Part shown: positions 37,101 through 50,700 of the stretch, one piece after another
Position numbering within the stretch: the first letter of the stretch is position 1
How the letters are laid out: each line of letters begins with the position of its first letter
Source: Paraspadella gotoi
Lineage: Eukaryota; Animalia; Chaetognatha
Direction: 5' to 3'
Assembly: GCA_051294375.1 (NCBI GenBank)
Contig: CM119270.1
Span: 17,953,710-18,017,709, forward strand
Length of the DNA: 64,000 nt
Translations under genes and position numbers: made by a program
The notes under the pieces: model-generated
Databases searched by the model: none
The model's input: only the letters and a program-made list of their open reading frames with translations
What the model was told of the DNA's origin: nothing

Positions 37101-40100
37101 AAGCTGCAGGTCGCACAATTTCATTTATACATTATTAATTTACTTGACGTAACAATTTCAAGACCATATGTTGGTATTGGAGAGAAATGGAGAACTGAAA
37201 CGAATTAGTAAAACACCGAAAAAATTCTAAGGACAATTGATACTGCCGTCCGGCACGAATTATATCTCTAATGGCATTTTTTTTTTTTAAATAAAAATGA
37301 TTCATGGAAATGCGTGTAAGGAACATAAAATGCAGTTAAAGGTGTTATCAAATGCTATTCTCAATGGCTTGAAAGGCTAACGTGTGATAGGTGACCGGTT
37401 CTTGTCGTGAAGAAACATCCGGCTCCGAAAAACCCCGGAGAAGGGCGCGACGAAGCGAATAAATAGCAAACAAAAAAAAAATTTAAAAGGAAAACAAATG
37501 AACATTCGGAGTCGGAGTCCGAGCTCGTTCGAGAAATCGAAGTCACGAACTCCGATTCAAAAAAAACGACGACCGCTGAAAAAAGTCGTTTCCTTATCAC
37601 AATTACAATCGCGATCATCTTTTCACAAGACTCTAATGAATGTTGTGAACTTAGTTAAAAATAACTATGACGGAGACTACTTTGTTTTTTTTTGTTTTTT
37701 TGTTTTTTTTTCCTTAGATTCTTAATTCGGGAGGGAGAGAATGTTTAAAGGATTAAAAGGAAAACATTCTCGGTTTCAGATTTTGGTTTTTTTTTTCCTA
37801 ATGATATCTACTTTTGTTTGTTTTTGTTTTTTTACTGTTAAGATGAATTCCGTGACAACGATATCTACAAATGAAAAGAGTCATCTACTTGTTTCGTTTT
37901 AAAAGCAGGAAAAGGCAAGTGATTCGGTTGGATATTTTTTTGCGATCGACAAAACTCCGTGTGTCGATTGTTTTTTTGTTTTTGTTTTTTTTCTTTTCAC
38001 CGCTTCACGTTAAATATATGGCCAATATATTAAGTTTTCCTAAACTACTTTACTAACTTCGTAGCCAAAAGTTAGGATTAGCTTCAATGATAGTTTTTCT
38101 TAACGCTTTCCCACTTTAGGATAATGATTAAAATTCACTCACCATATTTAAAAACTAATCCTTTCCATCAGCCAAGTTACGAAGAAAGTTCCGTAAAAAA
38201 TACAATTAAAAGAACTTATCGTTTTAAGTTGATGAGAATACTTATGAGTTCAATGTAATATAACAAAGTGAATCGTAACTAAATTGACTGCAGATAATTC
38301 GTACTTATATCTAACTACAGACATCGCTGAAAAACTTTTAAAAAAACATTTTTTTTGCCTTAAATTAATTTAAAATTTATTTTTAGTATGTTTTTTTTTC
38401 AGGGTGTCCGAGAGAAAAAAAAGAACAGCTGTAATCGCCGCAAGTAAAACACTCTTGCTTTCGATTACGATTTAACAATATCTTTAACAATGTACTTAAA
38501 AATAAGCTTAACAATAGTATAATTCAGTATGCGGGAATGAATTAGTCCTTATGAAGAATGATTTATCTAACTTGGGGATTGGAAATATGTTTCATCTATA
38601 ATGGCAACTGATTGTATTTTTCAAAAAAAAAAAGTATTGCTTCATTATGCAAAGAACAAGTTTTTTTTTTCCTCTTTTTTACTTAAAATGTGGCTAATAA
38701 TTAAACGATAGGTACTAAGGCGCAACAAGAAATAATTAGTGACACCGGCTACGCTGATTTACATTAAACTTTGTATCCTGCACAATGAGCTCAACACATA
38801 TTTTTTTTTGGTCGGTTTTAAATCAAACGGTTATAATGGCATACTTGGTGGATGATGATTTTTGTTGTTGTTGTTTTGTTGTGATGTTGGTAGCTCTTGT
38901 TGTTCTTTTTATATCCGTCTTTGTAGTTCAATCACGGTCTCTCCGAGAAAAGCATTGGAAAAGATTTTAAAAATACTCACTCCTCCTATTGCTGTTGTTG
39001 TTGTATCCTCCGCGGCGTTTCGGACTCGAGAAAAAATTTTAAAAAAACGTCCGCGAGGAGAGATGTAACATTTTTTTTTTTGTCTAACAAGAAAGGATAT
39101 TTATAATTATTAATAACTATTCACGTTCCATTTTGGGAAGATGGAGAAATTTTTTTGGTCAGCCTCTGCTTTTTGATCTGCGTCCAAACACTTCTTCAGT
39201 GAGGTCAACCCTTTGTTGGGAGAGAGGGGGAATGGAGAAAGATTTTCATTATACATTTTTTTATAGTTACGAATAATGCGAATATATTTAAAACAAAAAA
39301 CGTGCATTGTACCCTTGTCTTACCTCTCAAGCCATTGCGACTTATCATTAATCTGTAATCTGTAGTAAGGTTTTGTGGAATTGTTTTTCACTGAAAAGAA
39401 GAGAAAAAGAGAAAAAGAAAAAAAATATTTTAAATTGGTGACTCGTTTCAACCTTGAGTTTTAGCGTTTATTTTCCTTAATCTGAGATTTATATGTGAAA
39501 TACTTACTAGAAAATAACAATTATAAACAAAAAATTGATTTGTTTTCTGACTTGACTTGACCTACACTGCAATCTTCATGCAATGAATAAAAGGTAAGGT
39601 CGACCATGCAACATTACCACAATTTTACTTACCTAGGGATCTTGGGGTACCTATAAAAGACGATGTGGTTAAGGAAAGGAAAATGAAAGTAGAAGAATAT
39701 TGAGTGAGTTTAATGAGCTAAACTACCTGTTATTTAACTTTCAACAAAAAGTATATCGTCAGATTGAAAAACAAAATCTCGTGTGTTTAGTTAAACGTAG
39801 AATTTTTAAAACTTTTGCCACAAAAATAAACAAAGATAAACACTGCCAATGTCCTTGGCATTTTGATTTTAAAATATAATTATGTTCATAACAATCGTTT
39901 TTTTTAAATATTTATTCCTTATCATTAATTAGCTACAAAATAAAGTCATTAGCAATGCATCACTTTCATGATTCATTGACTTCCGATTCGATCTCTTGAA
40001 CGTCTAGAATTAGTCGTGAAATACTAACGCAACGTCTAAATGATTCTTGTGAAAGAAACACTATGCTAACAGTTAACAAATCTATAATCAATTTGCCATT

Positions 40101-43100
40101 GAAAACTTATATGTTTAGATCATCAAATAAAGAGACACTACAATAAATACATTAAATGTATTGAAACGTCTCTCTCTTCTCTCTCTCCCCACCTTGGGTC
40201 TTCTTTGAGTGTTCCCGGCGTGAGAAAGACAAGGTAGATGAGGAGGATCACGATGCCGACAAGTCCGACCAAGAAGAGGAAAATGAGGAGTTCTTTGCGG
40301 TCGAATCAGGCACCACTGTGGTTAAGGGGAGAGGTGGTTTAGGGTGGGGTGGTTATGGGGTAAATTAAAAAAAGTTAGTGGGGAAAAAGAGATGGTAGTT
40401 CACCCAAGCAATCGCATTCGTCTCTTTGATTCGTTAAAATATTTTTGGACACAAAGTTTTATATTTTTTTCAGTTTTGACAATTTGATAACTCGTAGTTC
40501 TTCAAATTTCTAAATGTAGTTACCATAAATTTAAATTCTTATGATTAATTCTTGTGTTTAATTTCAACCTACATTATCTGATTAAATTATTAGTTTTCTG
40601 AGGTGACAAATAACATCCAAGTATTGCACTTTATGCATAGTATATCCTGCAAAGAAATTGAGTCTCATAAAATGAGCTGATGATCTTAGAAACTAACAAC
40701 TAAAAATTTATATCTTACTTTACCCTACTCCCATCCGAGTCTACCACGCACCCGTTCTCCACCTAAACACCCAATCCACCATACTACTCCCTCCCAAAAC
40801 CTTAAATTCACAAGCCAACCCTAAAACAGACCCTTACTGGGAAAGGCGGCTTCCCGACACGTCCCAGTATTTGTGATCCTCCTTCTCGTCCTCCACCACC
40901 AAACTCGTAGTGACTTCTTTGTGGGACTTTTGGGAGGTGGTTGGGGGTGGTGAGGTGGTTGCTGACGATGCTGAACCGGGGGTGGTGACCAGAAGGCGCC
41001 CTGTCCATAAGGGTGCCCCCACCAGGGGTCTCCAGGCCCCTCCGGCTCTATGCCCTCCTCGTCGTAAGGGTGACCCCGATGGGGCGATTGGCCCGACTCG
41101 GGGGAGGAACCTAGCGGGGGAGGGTAAGATGGGGGGAGATGTGGGGGAAGGAGGGAGAGAAATGGAGGGCGGTTTGGGTAGTTTGGGGGGATTTAAGATG
41201 GAAGAAAGATTGAGGCGCAACGGTGGAGTGGAAGTTTGAAAATGGGATAAAGATGGAAAGTCAAAGATAGAATGTGTCAAAGAATGTGTGAAAATAAAGA
41301 GAAAAATAAATATCAGAGAAAAAAAAATTTAAAAAAACATGAGGAAAGTGAAGTAGATAAAGGAAAAGAAGGGAAAAAAGAGGAAAAGAGTCGGATGGCG
41401 TTGGCGTCGATGCAAAAAATAAAGATGGTGGATGACAGAGAATGAAGCCGGGTGAGGAAAGTAGTGTAGATCGATGAGGGTAAGGGAAGGGAGAAGGGGG
41501 AAAAAAAGAAAAAACGCTTGAGTTTCCTTTTTTTTATGTTTAAAGATTAGGGATCTTTGTATTGAAATCGGGAAATGAAAGCAATATAAAAAAGAAAAAG
41601 AGTTAAATTGTCCCGGCATTATCGCGAGATTAAAAATGAGATAATCGAAATATAGTAGTAAACGACATAATCGTAATTAATAATTATATAAAGAAGTTTA
41701 AAGAGGAAGAAATGTCAAAAAAATTATTCATATTAATTGTGTGTGAAGGGAAGTTATTGAAGCAGAAAAAAATCAAAAAGATTGGTTGTAAGTATTGGTC
41801 ATAGTAGTAGTTATGTTGTTGTTTTGTTGTTGCTTTGGTTTTTGTATTAATAGTTATTATTGTTTCCTATATTTAAGAAATACTTTTCTGCATTTTAAAA
41901 AAATATTTAATAAAATGAATATATAAACAAATGTAAATAAATAATAAACAAAAAGTCACAAATGTTTAAAATGCAGAGCTAAATAAAAGATAAATCATTT
42001 CTTGCCTAGGAAATTACAGAATGATGTCACTTTTATACTGAATCAGTATTGCAAAGAATGCCAAGTTTGTCTACACTGTTCATACTGCCTAGGACACAAA
42101 TATTAAAAAAATATTACTTAAACGAGAATGTATATCTTTTTTGACGAATAACAATAGCAAAACGAAGAAAACTTTAGTTACTTAACTATTATATCACTTT
42201 GTATTGATTAGAATTAAATCCAAAGACCTTTCTCGTCCCCTTAAGACTTTTCTCCCCCCATGTAGTTGGGTGTCCCCACGTAATTGGCATGCCATCATTC
42301 TCGTTGCGTTGATATTATTTAAAGAGTATTATTTTCGTGTAAGTGTAGAAATAAAAAAGTGTTAAGAGTTGTTTCGTATTCGGAAGTAGGAGAAAAATAT
42401 AAATGTAATTTTTTTATTTTATTTTGTACGGAATTCGTTTTCAGGCCTTTTTTTTATAAAAAATACTAACAGCTCGTTCCGCTGGTGTCGTGCTTTTTCT
42501 GCAGAAAAGCAAAACAAATAAAAACAAAATTAAAAATAAAACAAACTTTCAAAAAGTTTGTCTTTCTTTATCCACTTTTTGTTTTGGATTTTATCACCAT
42601 ATGTCCATTTCTGAGAAGATTTTTTGGGGTTCACGAGGTTCTCGACTGCGGAAATATTTATGTAACTGATTGCAAAGCGTATCTTGCAAAAAGCGCTGAA
42701 CTCGATATTGCTTAAAAAATAATGCTTAATGCTTATGAAATGAATAATGAATAAGGCTTAGAAAGAAAGTTAGCAGTATTTCGCATGATGACCCTTTATA
42801 AACGCAGCTAGAATCATTTTTATGCTCTTTTATTAATGTATTTTAAATGTTATTGAGAAATAATCTTTTTCTTTACACATTCAACAGAATTAATATTTTT
42901 TTTACATTTGTCGCCAAACCTTCAACAAAACTATTTTGGACGGTTTGTCGGTGTGACTTTTTATTTTTAACGGCAGGCGAATAAAGGCCACCCTGTATAC
43001 CATGCAGTAGCTTTTTTTATTAATAGTGACACAGAAATGCACATATGGTTCGATAATCTATTATAAGAAACAAAATTTTTCCTTGTGCAAAAAAAAAAGA

Positions 43101-45884
43101 AAAAAAAAAGGGACGGAAGCAAATCGGCAAAAAATTAATTTTATTACAGATTTCATTATTTAAAAATCCAAGCACTGACTAAAAATGTTCTCAAAACGTT
43201 AGCTATACAAAATAATACTTTTCTACACTTTTGCTAATTAGGCTCTTTTTAAAAGCATAAATGATTTACACAATCGCGTTATTTTGAAAAGCAAAAAAAA
43301 AAAAACAGAATCGCGCTTTAGTCGCAGTTAAACTAATAAAAAGCTTTTGTACAAGCTGACAATCTTTTTAAACGTTAATGTCTGTGTTAACTGTTGGAAT
43401 CGCAGCTACAATGTAAAAATTGTCCGCCCAAAATATTTTATGATCCTGAAAAAACCAGATCTTTTTTTATTTTTCTTCAAAAAAAAAAAAAGAATAAAAA
43501 ACCTACTTTATTTCTGCACTTTTTTCCCCCTCCCCTTTTTTGTTTCAAAGCCTCAATAAATCACTCTCTTTCTCTCTTTCTCCTTCTCTCTCTCTCTCTC
43601 TTTCTCTTTCTCTTCTCTCTCTCTCTATCTCTCCTTTTCCTTTTTTCGCCTCCCTTTCTTCTAACGTATATCTTTGACCTCGGCATGATTAAGTAAGAAG
43701 CGATGTTTATCTCGCTCGGTTGCCAAACCTCCTTTTTTTTCATGGTTTCCAAGCGCCTAATATAATCTCCCAAACAGTTCCTATCTTTTTCAGGGAGTTT
43801 ATACTTTCTCTCCTTCGCCCAAAGACGTGAAAACTTATTTGGAGCCGATATTTTAGACTGTACTTGTACAAAGCATAACTCTGATTATTTTTACATTTAT
43901 TCTTCATTTATTTATTCATTCATTTCATCATTCATTTATTTATTTATTTATTTATTTATTATTATTATTTATTATTATTTATTATTTATTTATTTTATTT
44001 ATTTATTTATTTATTTATTTATTTTATTTATTTATTTATTTATTTATTTTTTTATTTATTTTTTTATTATTTTATTTATTATTTATTTATTATTTATTTA
44101 TTTTTATTTATTTATTTATTTATATTTATTTATTTATTTATTTCTCAATTATTTATAAATGCTAATTTTCATTAATTCATCCATTTTCTCTTCATTCATT
44201 TCATGATTCATTGATTCATTATTCAATCGATTCATTCATTAATCCATTTGTTAATTAGCTAATTTTTTATCAAACCGATTCTCTGAACTCGAACGACAAA
44301 TATTTTTTCCGACTTGAGAATTTTTCGAACTCCAACGATGGGCGTGTCTTGGCGTGACTTGGCGTGACTTGGCGTGAACTTGGCGCCATAAATTGGCGTT
44401 GGTCATTGCTTCGCGCCGACGAGAATCGTTTGCGAATAAAATATTTATTGCTTGCAGCCAATGGATGATAAAATGAATACCATTTCAATGTCAAAAAACT
44501 AATACTCGAGCTGCATCTTTTAAGAGAAAAAAAAATAATTCGATTGAGTAATAAGTACAGGTAAGCTTTAGTAAAAAAACTGGGTTTATTCTATGACCGA
44601 AAAACTGAGAATATTAAAAAAAACAACAACGTAAAATTAGTATTTAAAAAAAATACTTCTAGTATTTTAAGGAACGTTAATTAAAAATTTAGTCTCATGT
44701 CTATTTAGTAATAATGAAAAGATAATTTTAATTTTGTTTTACTTTATAAATACAACAAATGTTTCTTCTTAAAAAGCCCAACCCCCTTACCTCCCCCCTC
44801 GACCCCAACCGTCACCCCCCAATCCGAAAAAAAAATCGCCAGGAAGAAAAACCCTGACTTTTCTTTTTGAATAAAAACCGTAATTAAAAGAGAAGAAAAA
44901 AATTCTCTTCCGCTGAAACCTTTTTTTTTATTATTTGGCAAAAAAAAAACTTTTAAAACGCTCTAACTAACGATTTCAAAGGTTTCCTCCATTTTTTTTT
45001 TATAGTAAGTTTTTACTGGGATGAGAATGAGACAGCGAGATACTACGTACAGATTTTTTTTATAAGTTATGTATGAAATTGATGATACAACCAATATAAA
45101 ATTATCCATTCATTTTAATAAATAACGCTATCTTGCCCCGACTTGGACAGGCTTTGTGCTTTAAAAAAAAAAAAAACAAACAAAACCCAAAAAATTGAGC
45201 CTTATTTTCCTAGAAACGCCCCATTTGATCCTAAATTAATTTTTTTTTAGTTAATTGTAAAGTTAGGTTTAAGGTTTTATTAGGTTTAGGTTTTAGGTTT
45301 AGGATTAGGTTAAAGAGTTTGGATTAAAAATTTAGGGAAAAAGGTTTAGGGTTTAGGTTAAGAAATTTAAAACAATAACTATATAAAGTTAAATATCAAG
45401 ATTCAAATTAAATCCGGGATAAAGGAACAAAAATAGGGCGCTCTGGGAAAAATAGAGCCATAGCTCTTTACATTTCGCCTCCCCAACCCATTCGTCTACT
45501 CTACTCGACTTATCTCCTCATCCCTCATCCCTCTTCTCTCTCTCTCTCTCTCTCTCGTCTCTCTCTTCCTCCCCCCTTCACCCACCTGAGAATGTTGTCG
45601 TGGTCCAACATGTTATCATCTTGGGTCGACTCTGATCCATGATTCCCGATCGTCGCCGCGTGTCTCGATCCCTCCTCTCTCAGTTCCCGCACTGAGCTCG
45701 AGATGCCGTGCAAATCCATCGGCGACATCCCGAACGCCTGCGTCGGCGTCGGCGGCGGGATCGGCGGCGGCGTCGGAGCGGCGTTCGACGACGGGCGAGG
45801 CGGCGGAGGCGGCGGCGGCGATCGCGTCGGCGGGAGGGAGGATCGTCGAAGGCGGGCGGCGGATGGGGTGGGTGGGGTGGGTGG
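31149..45884 (+). repeat. Copy 3 of the repeated locus (left arm of a ~14.7-kb inverted repeat)
   Basis: Collinear with 14010-~29165; ends inside gene A exon 2. Confidence 0.95.
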
Positions 45885-46081
45885 CCGCCGCCGATCCCGC
45901 CGCCGACGCCGACGCAGCGTTCGGGATGTCGCCGATGGATTTGCACGGCATCTCGAGCTCAGTGCGGGAACTGAGAGAGGAGGGATCGAGACACGCGGCG
46001 ACGATCGGGAATCATGGATCAGAGTCGACCCAAGATGATAACATGTTGGACCACGACAACATCTCAGGTGGGTGAAGGGGG

Positions 46082-46112
<31 letters not shown>

Positions 46113-47462
46113 ATGAGGGATGAGGAGATAAGTCGAGTAGAGTAGACGAATGGGTTGGGGAGGCGAAATGTAAAGAGTATGGCTCTATTTTCCCAGAGCG
46201 CCCTATTTTTGTTCCTTTATCCCGGGATTTAATTTGAATCTTGATATTTAACTTATATAGTTATTTTTAAATTTTTAACCTAAACCCTAAACCTTTTTCC
46301 CTAATTTTTAACCCAAACTCTTTAACCTAATCCTAAACCTAAACCTAAACCTAATCCTAAACCTAAACCTAAACATTAACCATTTACTTAATTTTAAACT
46401 AAAAAAAATTAATTTAGGATCAAATGGGACGTTCTAGGAAAATAAGGCCAAGAGTTTTTTGGGTTTTTGTTGTTTTTTTTTTTTTAAACACCAAGCCTGT
46501 CCAAAGTCCGGGGCAAGATAGCTTATTATTAAATGAATGGATAATTTTTATATTGGTTGTATCAATTTCATAACATTTTCTAATTTAAAAAAAAGTCTGT
46601 ACGGAGTCAGACTCAATCTTCCTTTCTCATTCTCCAGTAAAAACTACTATAAAAAAAAAATGGAGAAACCTTTGAAATCGTTAGTTAGAGCGTTTATAAG
46701 TTTTTTTTTTGCCAAATAATAAAAAAAAAAGGTTTCAAGGGGCGGAGAGAGAATTTTTTTTTCTTCTCTTTTAATTTTACGGTTTTTATTCAAAAAGAAA
46801 AGTCAGGGTTTTTCTTCCTGGCGATATTTTTTTTTCGGATTGGGGGGGTGACGGTTGGGGTCGAGAGGGGGGGAAGGGTAAAGGGGGTGGTTTTTTATCG
46901 CTTTTTTAAGAAGGAAACATTGTTGTATTTTATAAAGTAAAACAAAATTAAAATTATCTTTTCATTATTACTAAATAGACATGAAGACTAAATTTTTAAT
47001 TAACGTTCCTTAAAATACTAGAAGTATTTTTTTTTAATACTATTTTACGTTGTTGTTTTTTTTAATATGTCTCAGTTTTTCGGTCAATAGAATAAACCCA
47101 GTTTTTTACTAAAGCTTACTGTACTTATTACTCAATCGAATTATTTTTTTTTCTCTTAAAAGATGCAGCTCGAGTATTAGTTTTTTGACATTGAAATCGG
47201 ATCAATTTTATCATCCATTGGCTGCAAGCAATAAATATTTTATTCGCAAACGATTCTCGTCGGCGCGAAGCAATGACCAACGCCAATTTATGGCGCCAAG
47301 TCACGCCAAGTCACGCCAAGTCACACCAAGACACGCCCAATCGTTGGAGTTCGAAAAATTCTCAAGTCGGAAAAATATTTGCGTCAGTCAGAGAATCGGT
47401 TGATAAAAATTAGCTAATTAACAAATGATTAATGAATGAATCGATGAATAAATGAATCAATG

Positions 47463-47472
47463 NNNNNNNNNN
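47463..47472. other. Assembly gap, 10 N
   Basis: 10 N counted. Confidence 1.
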
Positions 47473-47692
47473 AATGAAGAGAAAATGGATGAATTAATGA
47501 AAATTAGCATTTAATAAATAATTGAGAAATTAATAAATATAAATTAAATTAAATAAATAAATAAATAAATAAATAAATTAAATAAATAAATAAATAAATA
47601 AATAATAAATAAATAAATATAAATAAATAAAATAAATAAATAAAATATAAATAAAAATAAATAAATAAATAAATAAATAAAATAATATATAA

Positions 47693-47727
<35 letters not shown>

Positions 47728-50700
47728 ATTAAAATAAATAAATGAAATAAAATAAATAAATAAATAAAATAAATAAATAAACAATAAATGAATGAATGAA
47801 TAAATAAATGAAGAATAAATGTAAAAATAATCGAGATTATGCTTTGTACAAGACTGAGGCAGTCTAAAATATCGGCTCCAAATAAGTTTCACGTCTTTGG
47901 GCGAAGGAGAGAAAGTATAAACTCCCTGAAAAAGATAGGAACTGTTTGGGAGATTATATTAGGCGCTTGGAAACCATGAAAAAAAAAGGAGGTTTGGCAA
48001 CCGAGCGAGATAAACATCGCTCTTACTTATTCATGCCGAGGTCAAAGATATACGTTAGAAGAAAGGGAGGCGAAAAAGGAAAAGGGAGAGATAGAGAGAG
48101 AGAGAAAGAGAAAGAGAAAGAGAGAGAGAGAGAGAAGGAGAAAGAGAGAGAGAGTGATTTATGAGGCTTTGAAACAAAAAAGGGAGGGGAAAAAAGTGCA
48201 GAAATAAAAGTAGGTTTTTTTATTCTTTTTTTTTTTTGAAGAAAAATAAAAAAAAGATCTGGTTTTTTCAGGATCATAAAATATTTTTGGGCGGACAATT
48301 TTTACATTGTAGCTGCGATTCCAACAGTTAAACACAGACATTAACGTTTAAAAAGATTGTCAGCTTGTACAAAAGCTTTTTATCTAGTTTAACTGCGACT
48401 AAAAGCGCGATTCTGTTTTTTTTTTGCTTTTCAAAATAACGCGATTTGTGTAAATCATTTATGCTTTTAAAAAGAGCCTAAAAGTGTAGAAAAGTATTAT
48501 TTTGTATAGCTAACGTTTTTGAGAACATTTTTAGTCAGTGCTTGGATTTTAAAGTAATGAAATCTGTAATAAAATTAATTTTTTGCCGATTTGGCTTCCG
48601 TCCCTTTTTTTTTCTTTTTTTTTTTGCACAAGGAAAATTTTGTTTCTTATAATAGATTATCGAACCATATGTGCATTTCTGTGGTCACTATTAATAAAAA
48701 AAAAAAGCTACTGCATGGTATACAGGGTGGCCTTTATTCGCCTGCCGTTAAAAATTAAAAAGTCACACCGACAAACCGTCCAAAATAGTTTTGTTGAAGG
48801 TTTGGCGACAAATGTAAAAAAAATATGTAATTCTGTTGAATGTGTAAAGAAAAAGATTATTTCTCAATAACATTTAAAATACATTAATAAAAGAGCATAA
48901 AAATGATTCTAGCTGCGGGTTTATAAGGGTCATCATGCGAAATACTGCTAACTTTCTTTCTAAGCCTTATTCATTATTCATTCATAAGCATTAAGCATTA
49001 TTTTTTAAGCAATATCGAGTCAGCGCTTTTGCAAGATACGCTTTGCAATCAGTACATAAATATTTCTCGCAGTCGAGAACCTCGTGAACCCCCAAAAAAT
49101 CTTCTCAGAAATGGACATATGGTGATAAAATCCAAAACAAAAAGTGGATAAAGAAAGACAAACTTTTTGAAAGTTTTGTTTTATTTTAATTTTGTTTTTT
49201 ATTTGTTTTGCTTTTCTGCAGAAACAGACGACACCAGCGGAACGAGCTGTTAGTATTTTTTATAAAAAAAAAGGCCTGAAAACGAATTCCGTACAAAATA
49301 AAATAAAAAAAATTACATTTATATTTTTTCTCTACTTCCGAATACGAAACAACTCTTAACACCTTTTTTTATTTCTACACTTACACGAAAATAATACTCT
49401 TTAAATAATATCAACGCAACGAGAATGATGGCATGCCAATTACGTGGGGACACCCAACTACATGGGGGGGAGAAAAGTCTTAAGGGGACGAGAAAGGTCT
49501 TTGGATTTAATTCTAATCAATACAAAGTGATATAATAGTTAAGTAACTAAAGTTTTCTTCGTTTTGCTATTGTTATTCGTCAAAAAAGATATACATCTCG
49601 TTTAAGTAATATTTTTTTAATATTTGTGTCCTAGGCAGTATGAACAGTGTAGACAACTTGGCATTCTTTGCAATACTGATTCAGTATAAAAGTGACATCA
49701 TTCTGTAATTTCCTAGGCAAGAAATGATTTTATCTTTTATTTTAGCTCTGCATTTTAAACATTTGTGACTTTTTGTTTATTATTTATTTACATTTGTTTA
49801 TATATTCATTTTATTAAATATTTTTTTAAAATGCAGAAAAGTATTCTAAATATAGGAAACAATAATAACTATAATAACAAAAACCAAAGCAACAACAAAA
49901 CAACAACATTAACTACTACTATGACCAATACTTACAACCAATCTTTTTGATTTTTTTCTGCTTCAATAACTTCCCTTTTCACACACAATTAATATGAATA
50001 ATTTTTTTGACATTTCTTCCTCTTTAAACTTCTTTATATAATTTATTAATTACGATTATGTCGTTTACTACTATATTTCGATTATCTCATTTTTAATCTC
50101 GCGATAATGCCGGGGACAATTTAACTCTTTTCTCTTTTTTATATTGCTTTCATTTCCCGATTTCAATACAAAGATCCCTAATCTTTAAACATAAAAAAAA
50201 GGAAACTCAAGCGTTTTTTCTTTTTTTCCCCCTTTCTCCCTTCCCTTACCCTCATCGATCTACCACTACTTTCCTCACCCGGCTTCATTCTCTGTCATCC
50301 ACCATCTTTATTTTTTGCATCGACGCCAACGCCATCCGACTCTTTTCCTCCATTTTTTTCCCTTTTTTTCCTTTTTTTTCCTTTTATCTACTTCACTTTC
50401 TCATGTTTTTTTAAAAATTTTTTTTCTCTGAATTTTTATTTTTCTCTCTTTATTTTCACACATTCTTTGACACATTCTATCTTTGACTTTCCCATCTTTA
50501 TCCCATTCAAACTTCCACCCACCGTTGCGCCTCAATCTTTCTTCCATCTTAAATCCCCCCAAACTACCCAAACCGCCGTCCATCTTCTCTCCCTCCTTCC
50601 CCCACATCTCCCCCCCCCATCTTCTACCCTCCCCCGCTAGGTTCCTCCCCCGAGTCGGGCCAATCGCCCCATCGGGGTCACCCTTACGACGAGGAGGGCA

